A DNA stretch of 64,000 nt from Octopus sinensis (Eukaryota), in contig NW_021831822.1 of assembly GCF_006345805.1 (NCBI RefSeq), positions 1 to 64,000 on the forward strand. The letters run 5' to 3'. The notes under the pieces are model-generated. The model was not told where the DNA came from. It ran no database searches and saw nothing but the letters and a program-made list of their open reading frames with translations. Positions 12,215 to 24,493 of this stretch are shown in pieces (position 1 is the stretch's first letter; every line of letters begins with the position of its first letter). The position numbers and the translations under genes are program-made.

Positions 12215-12790
12215 TCTGGATGATAGCCAGACAGTTTAGAAATAGCAGCCAAATCCCCCGCATATTATGCTCAACAGTCTTTTGTATGTATATATATACA
12301 TATGAGCCGAAGAGGAGGTCTCTAGACCAGTGGTTTTCAACCAGGGTTCCGCGGAACCTTAGGGTTCCGCCAGTACAGTCCAGGGGTTCCGCAAGAAGTT
12401 ACAAAACTGCTAAAATCGGCAGTAATTTTAAATTTTCCTGTGCAGATATGTGTGCATAAGACTATTAAATTATTGCACAGGGGTTCCTCGAGCCAGTGGA
12501 ATGTTTCCTTGGGGTTCCGCTCCAGCAAAAAGTTTGAAAAGCACTGCTCTAGACGATAGGTATTCATGGTAGAAATAGCAGCCAAAGCTCCAACAAATCA
12601 CACCTTACGAACGTATATATGTATGAGCCAAAAATGGAGACCTCTACATGGTAGCTAGACCTGGTAGAAATAGCAGCCGAATCACCCTCAAATAATATCT
12701 TACTGTCTTATGTATGTATGAGACAATGAGGAAGACTCCCTCTATATGGTAGATAGGCTTGATGGAAATAGCAGTCAAATCTGCCTTTCA
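12215..12790 (+). repeat. Degenerate tandem units of an interspersed repeat (gctagacctggtagaaatagcagccaaatctccc); also at 17005-17165 and 24800-24920 on the - strand
   Basis: The motif gaaatagcagcc/gaaatagcagtc recurs four times here and as the reverse complement at the other loci. Confidence 0.7.
12328..12546. mobile_element. hAT (Charlie-type) MITE
   Basis: TIRs CAGTGGTTTTCAA / TTGAAAAGCACTG; 8-bp TSD CTCTAGAC at 12320-12327 and 12547-12554. Confidence 0.92.
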
Positions 12791-13832
12791 CGGGCTGCAC
12801 TCTGTTGCAGTTATCAGAGCTAGGTTTCTGGTTCGAAGTTAACATCCTCCTCTCGCTTGTGTCGGTGGTGGTGGCGTTGGTGGAGGGGTTGCAAAGTATT
12901 CAAGGTAGGAATAAAAGGTAAAATGGAGCCTAGGAAGTTTTAGAAATTGAAAACATAAGGCTCAAAACAGGTGATACGGGTAGGTGGGATGATGTTGAAT
13001 TCATATGGTCACTGGAGGACAAGATATCTGATGTTGGGTTGCAGAGGTGATTGATGCAACCGTGTAGTTCTTTTCAATTCTTTGTCTACTGTTTAAAAAT
13101 TGATGTTAAACTGTTTATCACACACCTCAATAACAACAACAGCGATAAATAGGAAAATTGCTACATCAAACATTTGCTTCTCGTACAGCGGTCGTGTAGT
13201 AAGTAGACACTCAGCCCAAAATAGTAACCGGTATTAAATTACACAAGCTTGATATTTCGTTTATATACGTTAAAATCATGTGTATTTGGGAACCTAGAAT
13301 TGTACCAAAGGGATACTGAAGTGTTAATATAAGAGATAGTCTAGTTAAAACTCAAGTGAGCTTTAAAATAGAGACACGTGGTTTGAAATGTAGCGAATAT
13401 CAGAAAATACTCACGGTAAAGAAATGATACCAAAGTGTAAACTACACTACAATATTACGGTACCACTCTACATATCCTTCAAATAACAACCACACCAAAC
13501 CCCTAGATTAACGAATGAAAGACGACACGGGAGTTTGGCCCTAAGGAATGATTTAATAGGCGTGGATATTAGGGACAGCCTCCAAGGCACCAATGGGTAT
13601 GGAGTCCAGGGAAGGAGGGGTCAAGAAGCCAAGATAGGATCAATTCTATATGTGACACTATCCAAAACGCAAGATCCAGATATAAAATGAACCAGGAGAC
13701 AAAGAAATTGAGACGAGATTATTGAAGAACATCGCGAATTGATGGGCAGAAAGAGAGCAGACACAAAAAAGAGGATATTGCAAAGAGGTAGAGACACCAC
13801 ACAGCAAAAGTACAAGAACTTCAAGCACGCCT

Positions 13833-14900
13833 CCCGCCCACCATCCGCACCACACACCCTTCACCGCACCACACTCCCTCCATCCGCACCACACACCCTC
13901 CATCCGCACCACACACCCTTCACCGCACCACACTCCCTCCATCCACACCACACACCCTCCATCCGCACCACACACCCTTCACCGCACCACACTCCCTCCA
14001 CCCGCACCACACACCCTCCGTCCACACCACACAGCCTCCATCCGCACCACACACCCTTCACCGCACCACACTCCCTCCATCCGCACCACACACCCTCCGT
14101 CCACACCACACGCCCTCCATCTGCACCACACACCCTTCACCGCACCACACCCCCTCCATCCGCATCACACCCCCTCTGTCCACACCACACGCTCACCATC
14201 CGCACCACACCCCCTCCATCCACACTACACGCTCACCATCTGCACCACACCCCCTCCATCCGCACCACACCCCCTCCATCCGCACTACACCCCTCCATCC
14301 GCACCACACGTTCACCATCCGCACCACACCCCCTCCATCCGCTCCACAAACCCTCCACCCGCACCACACACCCTCCGTCCGCACCACACAACCTCTGTGC
14401 ACACCACACACCCTCCATCCGCACCACACACCCTCAGTCCACACCACACCCCCTCCATCCGCACCACAAACCCTCCATCCGCTCCACACACCTCCATCCG
14501 CACCACAAACCCTCCACCCGCACCACACACCCTTCGCCGCACCACAAACCCTCCATCCACTCCACAAACCCTCCATCCACACCACACACTCTCCACCCGC
14601 ACCACACACCCTCCATCCGCACCACAAACCTTCCACCCGCACCACACACCCCTCCATCCACACCACAAACCCTCCATCCACTCCACAAACCCTCCACCCG
14701 CACTACACACCCCTCCATCCCCACCACAAACCCTCCATCCACTCCACAAACCCTCCATCCGCACCACAAACCCTCCATCCTCTCCACACACCCTCCATCC
14801 GCTCCACACCCCCTCCATCCGCTCCACACACTCTCCACTCACACCCACGCCCTCAGTCCACACCACTCGCCCTCCACCACACACCCTCCATCCACCCCAC
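13833..14900. repeat. 19-20 bp minisatellite (ccctccatccgcaccacaca and variants)
   Basis: Directly visible; it produces the His/Pro/Thr-rich and Gly/Val/Trp-rich ORFs in the track. Confidence 0.95.
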
Positions 14901-15477
14901 CCGCCATCCGCCTGACAGTCCCCCCCACACACACACATTTTCTAGTGCACTGGGTGGGATATACAATAGTACACTACAATCCTTTTCCCCGCACGTGTGC
15001 AGCATACTACTACTACTATTACTACTACTACTACTTCACTGCAGAATGTTGTGTAATACCACCTCCCCCCCACGACGCATCGTATTACCCCCTACAATGC
15101 CCCGTCATCACCACTTTGTCTCTATCCACAAGGTGTGATATTTTTAGCTCCCAAGCGTCATATTTCATAGCTGCTTTTTCATTGGCCACAAACAGCTTTC
15201 GTATCACATACGTCATGGGTGTATTTAATATCAGCTTGTGATGACGTCAGCAGTGACTGATATCCCACAGGGACTGTTGTGGTTATCAAGTGTTATTGGC
15301 GTATCTTCCAAACATTCACTCACTCCCCCCTCTCTCTCTCTCTCTCTCTCTCTCGCGCTCTTTCTCGGTCTCTGTCTCTTTTCCTCTCTTTCTCTCTTCT
15401 TACTCACACACACGCACACTCAGCGCAGCCGCAGTTTTGTCGTCATAGATAACGATATATGTATGGGAACGGGTTCA

Positions 15478-15895
15478 GTGGTGGTGTTGGTGGTGGTAGT
15501 GGTGGTGGTGGTGGTGGTGGTGGTGGTGGCGGTGGTAGTGGTAGTGTTGGTGGTGGTGGTGTTGGTGTTGGTGTTGGTGGTGTTGGTGGTGGTGGTGGTG
15601 GTGTTGGTGGTGGTGTTGGTGGTGTTGGTGGTGGTGGTGGTGGTGGTGGTGTTGGTGTTGGTGGTGGTGGTGGTAGTAGCGCTGGTAGTGGTGGTTGTGG
15701 TGGTGTTGGTGTTGGTGTTGGTGGTGGTAGCGGTGGTGGTAGCGGTGTTGGTGTTGGTGGTGGTGGTGGTGGTGGTGGTGGTACTGGTGGTTGTGGTGGT
15801 GGTGGTGGGGTTGGGGGTTGGGGTGGTGGTGTGGTGTTGGTGTTGGTGTTGGTGTTGGTGTTGGTGTTGTTGTTGTTGGTGGTGGTGGTGGTATG
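15478..15895. repeat. (GGT)n/(GTT) microsatellite
   Basis: Directly visible. Confidence 0.95.
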
Positions 15896-16232
15896 AAGGC
15901 ATCCTAACGCAGATGGACGAATGGACGGACACACACCAAAAGTAAAAGACAGATAGATAGGTCGATGGGTAGATGAAGAAATAGGGAGACACTGATTGAG
16001 AGAATGAGAAAGTGAGGGAGAGATTAGGTGCACGATAAGAGCAGGGAGAGGAGGGACCTAGCGTCAGCCATAGATTCACACCTATTCCTCACTTCCTCTC
16101 AATCGATCTATCCATCTATCTATCCGTCTGTCTATCAATCTATCGATTTGTTTATCTCTCCTTCTGTCTCTCTGTCTGTCTGTTTCTCGCCTTTCCCTCC
16201 CCCTCTCTCGCTCGCTCGCTCTCTCTATCACT

Positions 16233-17005
<773 letters not shown>

Positions 17006-17186
17006 CATGATCTAAGGGAGATTTGGCTGCCATATCTACCAGGTCTAGCTACCTTGTAAAGGTCTCCCTTATTTGCTTTATGTACATGTATACATACGTA
17101 AAGCAATAAGGTGTGACTTGAGGGAGATTTGGTTGCTCTTTCTACCAGTTCTAGCTACCATATTGAGTTCTCTCGCATTGGTTAGT

Positions 17187-17257
<71 letters not shown>

Positions 17258-17265
<8 letters not shown>

Positions 17266-18978
17266 GACTTCTTTGCCGCCTCACCTATAACCAGCGAGGT
17301 GGTTACAATAGAATGTATTGACATTAGCGAAGAAGATGTCCTACTAGCCATAGATGAAGTGGACACAAACTCAACTGCTGGCCCTGATGGTTTCCTCAAA
17401 GTGTGTAAGCATGCCCTGGTAAAACCCCTCAAGATTCTCTTCCAGATCTTTCTTACAAATGGCAAACTGCCAAGCAACCTGAAGGAGGGAATAATATGCC
17501 CAATACATAAAGGGGAAAGTAGAGCAGATGCCAAAAACTATAGGCCTATCACTCTGACTTCACACATCAGCAAAGTCATGGAACGGATAGTCAGAAAGAA
17601 ACTAATCGCATTCCTTGAGGAAAATAACTTGCTGAGTGATACCCAGCATGGTTTTTGACCAGGTAGGAGCTGCCTGACCCAGCTCTTGCAACATTATGAC
17701 TGGGTGTTGAGGTAGTTACTCAACAAATCAAATGTGAACGTAATCTACCTTGATTTTGCAAAAGCTTTTGACAAGGCGGATCATGGTATGATATGCCACA
17801 AACTGCATGACCTCGGCATAGCTGGAAAACTTGGAGTGTGGTTACATGACTTCCTGAAAGATAGAAGTCAGGCAGTAGTGGTTCTGGAGCCACCTCTATG
17901 AACACGCAAACAGTGAGCGGTGTTCCACAGGGCACTGTCTTGGGACCACTGCTTTTTATAGTAGCCCTCTCAGATATGCCCTCAAATGCCCGGATAGCCA
18001 CTCTGGCAAGCTATGTAGACGATACGAAAGTCTCGCAGAAAATACAGAACCCAGCGATGTTGCACACCTCCTGCAGCAGGAGTTGGACTCAATCTACAGA
18101 TGGGCTGAGGATAATAATATGCAGTTTAATGCTGAAAAATTCCAGGCCCTGTGCTACCAGCATCCAAAACTGAATATTAAACTTACAGGATACACCGGTC
18201 CACAGGGAATATCAATCCCAGGGCCTAAGTCTGTGAGGGACCTGGGTATCGACATGGGTGAGGATACCTCTTTCCAAGTGCACATTACCAGGATGGCGAC
18301 AAAGTGCAGACGACTGGCTGGATGGATCCTAAGAACATTCAGAACCAGAGATAAAGAAATCATGATGGTCCTCTGGCGGACATTCGGATTACTGCTCACA
18401 GCTATGGTCACCCACCAGTGTGAAATTAACAGTGGACCTTGAAGCAATCTAGAGAAGATTCACAAAGAGGACCGTCTCTTTGCAACAGCTCAGCTACTGG
18501 GAAAGGTTGAAACAGCTAAGACTCTACTCCCTGCAGAGAAAATGGGAAAGGTATGCAGTAATATATATCTGGAAGATCCTGGAAGGAATTGTGCCAAATT
18601 TTGGCATTGTAAGCTACACCAATGCTAGAACGGGACGACAAAGCATAGTGCCAAAGATCCCAGCAATGCCATCACGCTTCAAGACCAGCTTCTGCAACAG
18701 CCTGGGTTTCAAGGGCCCACAGCCTTTTAATATTCTCTCAAAGAGTCTGAGGAACTTGCACAAAGTAGATGGAGCAGTTTTTAAATCAAAGTTGGACAGC
18801 TTTCTGTCGAGAGCCCCAGATGAACCTACCTCACGGTACGAGGTGCAAATGAGAGTAGCTATATCAAACTCCATTCTTCACCAAGTGCCACATATTAGAG
18901 GAGACTCTCAGTAATAACAGTGTAGCGCAAAACGGTGGTATCAGCATGGCCGCAGCTCTGAGGTGAAACAAGAAAAAA
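17258..18978 (+). mobile_element. 5'-truncated CR1-group LINE (RT, C-terminal region, 3' tail), with stops and frameshifts
   Basis: STAGPDGF, KNYRPITLTSHISKVMERIV, QHGF, YLDFAKAFDK, SGVPQGTVLGPLLF, YVDDTKV, LSYWERLKQLRLYSLQR and KSKLDSFL. Tail cagcatggccgcagctctgaggtgaaacaagaaaaaa. Confidence 0.92.
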
Positions 18979-19019
18979 TATATATATGTATATATATATA
19001 TATGTAGTTAATCCAAACA

Positions 19020-19210
19020 AGAAAGCACAAAAAACACAACAACGCGAGGACGTGGAACAAATATAGTATTGTTGGACGCTCAGGAAAGAAGGAAAGAAGG
19101 AGGGTTTAACGTTTCGAGCGGAGCTCTTCGTCGGAAACATAGGAGAAGGAAAGATCCAGAGAAGGGAAGACAGAAGGAAAAAATCGCCAACGGTACACAC
19201 GCGGTCACCT
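19020..19210 (-). mobile_element. Short non-coding repeat with a hammerhead-like motif at 19104-19138
   Basis: Minus strand GTTT-CCGACGA-A-GAGC-tcc-GCTC-GAAA-CGT-T-AAAC. Confidence 0.55.
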
Positions 19211-19246
19211 CCCCCCACCTCTTTCTCTCTCTCTCTCTCTCTCCCT

Positions 19247-19300
<54 letters not shown>

Positions 19301-19304
19301 TATA

Positions 19305-19319
<15 letters not shown>

Positions 19320-19344
<25 letters not shown>

Positions 19345-20278
19345 GACAGTTAGTCTGTCTGTGTGTCTGTTAGGTTGTACCCTCACCCTGACCACTGCTT
19401 TCAACCGATTCTGATGAAACTTGACACACACATAGCCCAATGTCATAATTCAAAACTAACGCAGCGAAAATTTTGAAAAGTTCCCCCAGTTATAAAAAAA
19501 ATCGATAAATTCAACATAGGGTCGAGAATCAGAAACACAAACCACAGACTGTCTAGGGGACGCAACTCGACCTTTTTATCTCTCAACTCCATCAATATCC
19601 AGCTACTTGAATCTATTCCTGGTGATGTCCACGTCTACAAATCTAATGATAGGACAGCAGATCCCGCCGAGCTTGCCGATTATCCTGTTGAATTCCTGAA
19701 TTCACTTGAACCGCCAGGCCTGCCGCCACACATCCTGAAGTTAAAAGTCGGTGCGCCCATTATGCTCATCAGGAATTTGGTTCCACCTTAAAAGTGCAAC
19801 GGCACACGTCTGGTTGTGAAACATTTGCCACCACATTTAATAACGGCCACAATACTTACCGGTTGTGGGAAGGGAGAGGACGTCTTCATTCCACGCATGC
19901 GCCTTCAACCGTCGGGCGCTGACCTACCAATCCACTTCAGGCGTTCTCAGTTTCCTGTTAAACTCTACTTCGCAACGTCCATCAATAAATCCCAAGGCCA
20001 AACGCTACAAGTCGCTGGGTTACGCTTGGGCGAACAGTGCTTCGCCCACGGTCAACTCTACGTGGGCTGTTCACGCGTTGGGAGGCACAATGATGTTTTC
20101 ATGTATTCGCCCAAAGGAACAGCTAGGAACATCGTATACACAGAAGTATTCGAGTGAAGAGAAGACATTGCAACCTACACATGCGCCTTCGTTCCCTAGA
20201 GGGAAAGGAGTAGATTGGGATTAGTCGTTGCCTACTAGGGGCTCTTACATACCCGGGCACGCCGGGCTATGCTGCTAG
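19320..20278 (+). mobile_element. Internally deleted Helitron carrying a PIF1-like helicase C-terminal fragment (about 19590-20157)
   Basis: YPVEFLNSLEPPGLPPHILKLKVGAPIMLIRNL, then a stop at 19789, then CNGTRL, FATSINKSQGQTL and HGQLYVGCSRV. 3' hairpin CCCGG-gcacg-CCGGG (20252-66), then CTAG|T at 20275-79. The 5' end lies within (TA)n and is approximate. Confidence 0.9.
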
Positions 20279-20288
20279 TATATCTATA

Positions 20289-20341
<53 letters not shown>

Positions 20342-20833
20342 CTAAATGTATATATCTATATATATATATAATATATATCTATATATCAGTATATATATAT
20401 ATATATATCAGTATATATATATATATATATATGTAATAATAATAATAATAATAATATTAGGGAGTAAATTCAAACTTACAGGGAGAGATTAGATTTAGGA
20501 TTAAATCAAATTTCACAGTATAAATATAAATTAAACATAAAAAACAAAAAATAAATATAATTGATATAATATATAATATATATATATATAAAATATAAAA
20601 TTTAAAATATAAATTATTAAAATTTTAAATTTTAAAATTTAAAAATTTTAAAAATTTTTAATTAAAAATTTTTTTTTAACTAACCAAAAAGTATAAAAAA
20701 GTTAAATATAATATTTAACTTTTTTATATATCTAATATATTATATTTATTTTTTGGTTTTTATGCTTTGGTTTATGTCTATCACTGTTTGAGTTGCCTAA
20801 TAGTGGTTTTATCTCTAATTCAATTTATATATA

Positions 20834-20875
20834 TCTTCTAGCATTATGACCCGTCGTTGCGGGTCATAGTGCTAG
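20834..20875 (+). mobile_element. 42-bp palindromic Helitron-like terminus or mini element
   Basis: A|TC ttCTAGCATTATGACCCG-tcgttg-CGGGTCATAGTGCTAG|T. Confidence 0.45.
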
Positions 20876-20922
20876 TGCATGTACATATGTGTATATATAT
20901 ATGTGTACATATTACATGTACA

Positions 20923-20967
<45 letters not shown>

Positions 20968-21029
20968 ACACATAAAATACAAAATACAAAGTTATATCTT
21001 GATATCGCTAGTGATAGCAATACTCAAAA

Positions 21030-21500
21030 TATATAACAGATTGGAATTGTAAGCCCGTGCCTTGCAATTTTGATCAATTGGATCTTGTCTTCCCTCTTGT
21101 ATAGAAGTATGGCTACAATCCAGCTTACCTCTACTTCAGTGGGGATATTTTTAATTTTTATCCGGGACGTCCTACGTCCCAGATATATAGGTAAAAATAA
21201 AATATTTCCACTTTGCAAGGTTCGAGTCAAGTACTCCCTTGCACGCTCCGTTGACTCGAACCTTGCTTCTATTGTGGCGAATTTACTGCCTCTGGTTAGA
21301 TATCTTTCATAGTTGCACCAAGACACTTTTCGATGGTGCTTTCCTCCAGGTGTTCAAATCTTTTTTTCTCTATATTGTATACTTTATAGACAATAGTCTT
21401 TTCTTTAATTTAATTTTTTATTTCGTTTGGTGGTGTTATCCTAGATTCACCGTTTTTGTCGGTGATCAATCCGTATTTCTTCCATTTTAATCTCAATGTG
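21030..21500 (-). pseudogene. Isolated remnant homologous to the ORF1-like region of the Tx1-like element at 54.5 kb
   Basis: KFATIEARFESTERARE...FLPIYLGRRTSRIKIKNIPTEVEV aligns by eye with KFGYIKVIFQSESLTHK...LIAIYLGQRVIQINISKIPPEIDL (54547-54816). Confidence 0.6.
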
Positions 21501-22559
21501 TTCGCGCCCGCTGACGGCTGCAGCGAAATTCATTTTTGGAATTTCTTCAATCGAAGGCATTCTAACAAAAATGCTTCCGTGTAAACGGTGAAAATATTGT
21601 CAATTTCCCCAAACAGGGACACAATTCAATTTTTAAACAATAACCAAAGCTCCTTCTCCCAAAGGGGGGGGGGGTTACAGTTTGCAATTATTTAACAAAT
21701 GCAACACAACAATGTTTCCTTTACGAGGAACCAACAAACGTGATAACAATAGTTAAACAACGTAAGGTGTATTAACCATATGAATGTGGCTAGCCATTGG
21801 GGGGTGGGGTGTTACTGATGCTTTTAGCCCCAGGCGATCAACGTCACCAGAAGGACTTTAGACACTATCTCAGTGCTCTTGTGTTATTTGCAAAGGGAGG
21901 TCATCCTCCCTCGAAGACCTAAGTACTACATACGGACTATAGTTTCAAGGTAATTGCCTCTCGTCAACGCATGGTAAGCACCGGTCTTCGATGAAGGAGT
22001 CCCCTTGCAAATAAATATATAACGTTTTTCACAGCAACAGTAATAATAATAACAACAAACCTTACGATTAGCCAGAAAGCAGTAAGCAGTTGAAGCTTTA
22101 GTCCTTTATGTATAAGAAATAAACCAACAGCAGTACTCAGTAGAAGCGGCTGTTCGAGAAAACAGATATTACATACAGCCAAACTTCATATAGATACTTA
22201 ATGCTAGCTAATTAGCAGATAATCTAATGTAAAAGCACAGCTCCATCTGAACTATTCCATTTCTGCACGCAAATTTTATTTTCAATTTATTCCCATTCAT
22301 GTGAAACCACTTATTCTGGTTCAAGTCATTGATGCAATTTTATACAAATTGCTATTTTTACTTTTGTTATGTTACGATTATATTATAGTTTAGTTTGATT
22401 TTAATTATTACTTACTACATATAATTCAATTGTTATTATTATTTTTATTGTTAAAGTGAAAGCATCTGACATAAAATAGAGAAATGTTTTTGTTTCACTT
22501 TTAACCGTAATACTGAAATAGTGGAGATGATATGATATTGCTATGGGCTTGCTCTAGGC

Positions 22560-22711
22560 AAGAAGTTGAACATTTCTTTTTGCCAATGACACTCCCCGGA
22601 CCCTAAGTAAGGCATGTGTAAAATTTGAATGAAATTGGTTGTGTAGTTCTCAAGTTTTAGGGAAACACACAGACAGACAGACACACATTCTCAGTTTTAT
22701 ATATATAGAGA
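22560..22711 (-). mobile_element. Non-autonomous Helitron-like 5' end
   Basis: Minus strand A|TCTCTATATATATAAAACTGAGAATGTGTGTCTGTCTGTCTGTG. The left extent is unclear. Confidence 0.55.
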
Positions 22712-22735
22712 TATCTATCTCTATCTATCTATCTT

Positions 22736-22783
<48 letters not shown>

Positions 22784-22784
22784 A

Positions 22785-22856
<72 letters not shown>

Positions 22857-22867
22857 TATATATATAT

Positions 22868-23582
22868 AAATTGATCAAAATAAAAAATGATGCCAAGGAT
22901 TCAGTGGTACATATGTTTCGGGCCTTTATTAGACAGATTTATAACAATGCATAATGTATGTCTGTGGCCTTCTTCAGCCGCGCACAACTTCTTCCACAAG
23001 GACATGTGTTACATCAAAAATTCTTGGTTGGGATGCAAATCCTCTCATTCGCGTACGACATACTGCGGCAACAGCATAGAAGTGAAGTCCATCTCTTTCT
23101 TCTCTCAATGTAGAATGAGGGAATTTAGATGTTGAAGTATGTAAATAAATTAACAAATAAATACATATATAGACGTGAAGGGACCTGGTGATAAGAGAGT
23201 AAATAGGGGTAAAGATGGAGGGGCGAGAATTCAGGACGAAGGATAAAAAAAATATATATCACCAGGTCCCTTCACGTCTATATATGTATTTATTTGTTAA
23301 TTTATTTACATTACTTCAACATCTAAATTCCCTCATTCTACATTGAGAGAAGAAAGAGATGGACGCTTCAATCTATGCCGTTATGTCGTACGTGTGATGA
23401 GAGGATTTGCATCCCCAACCAAGAATTTTTGATGTAACACATGTCCTTGTGGGAAGTTGTTGTGGCGGCTGAAGAAGGCCACAGACATACATTATGCATG
23501 TTATAAATCTGTCTAATAAAGGCCCGAAACATATGTACGCTGAACTGAATCCTTGGCATCATGTTTTTATTTTGATCAATTT
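22868..23582. mobile_element. Head-to-head inverted repeat (arms 22868-23193 and 23257-23582), each arm with a hammerhead-like motif
   Basis: The arms are reverse complements with scattered differences around a 63-bp spacer. Motifs at 22904-22981 (-) and 23465-23540 (+). Confidence 0.88.
23465..23540 (+). ncRNA. Type I hammerhead-like ribozyme with a long stem II and a palindromic stem III
   Basis: CTGAAGA 23469-75; A.C then GGCC/GGCC; GAAA 23526-29; stem III ACAT/ATGT with no loop; GUA at 23535-37. Stem I is disrupted by an apparent 1-nt deletion. Confidence 0.6.
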
Positions 23583-23823
23583 ACTCCACCACTTACACCA
23601 CCAAACGGTATATAAAGGTGCTTACAATTATCAAGTACTCACCCCGAATTTCTATATACTATATATAATATATATATATATATATATAGGTATGTATATG
23701 TATAATGTGTGTGTGTATGTGTATATGTAGTAAGAAATATCATTATAGGTATAAATATACCTATATAAAAGTTCATGATATATATATATACATATATATA
23801 TATACATATATATACATATATAT

Positions 23824-23855
<32 letters not shown>

Positions 23856-23934
23856 TATCTATATATATATAATATATATATATATTTACATACACATATA
23901 TATGCGTGTGTGTATATGTATATATATTCTTTTA

Positions 23935-24120
23935 TTGTTTCAGACATTTCATTGTGGGCATGCTGGAGCACAGTCTTAAAGGGTATTAGCCAAAGAAAGC
24001 AACCCCTAGTCTTATTCTTTGTAATAATTCTGTTGGTTTCTTTTCACGGACTGCTATGTCATGGGGATATAAACACACCAACATCGGTTTTGTCAAGCAA
24101 ACCAAGACCATGTTATCAAG
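23935..24120 (-). mobile_element. Degenerate SINE family A tail fragment
   Basis: gtttcagacatttcattgtgggcatgctggagcac...caacatcggttttgtcaagc matches the rc of the family A tail. Confidence 0.7.
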
Positions 24121-24425
24121 AAGCAAGCATCTTGTCACTCAGTCTATATATATATATATATATAATATATATATATATATACATAGACTATATATATATA
24201 TATATATGATATAAGTATATATGATATGTATATTATATTATATATATGTATATATATATGTATATGTATATATATATATGTATATATATATGTATATATA
24301 TATAATATATATACACATAGACATATAAATATACATAGATATATATTATATATGTATATGTACATATATATAATCATCATCATCATCATCATCGTTTAAC
24401 GTCCGCTTTCATGCTAGCATGGGTG

Positions 24426-24493
<68 letters not shown>

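Noticed and set aside
13739-15241. 500-aa Pro/His/Thr-rich ORF resembling an extensin or mucin
   Set aside because: It is explained by a stop-free 20-bp minisatellite that is open in several frames on both strands.
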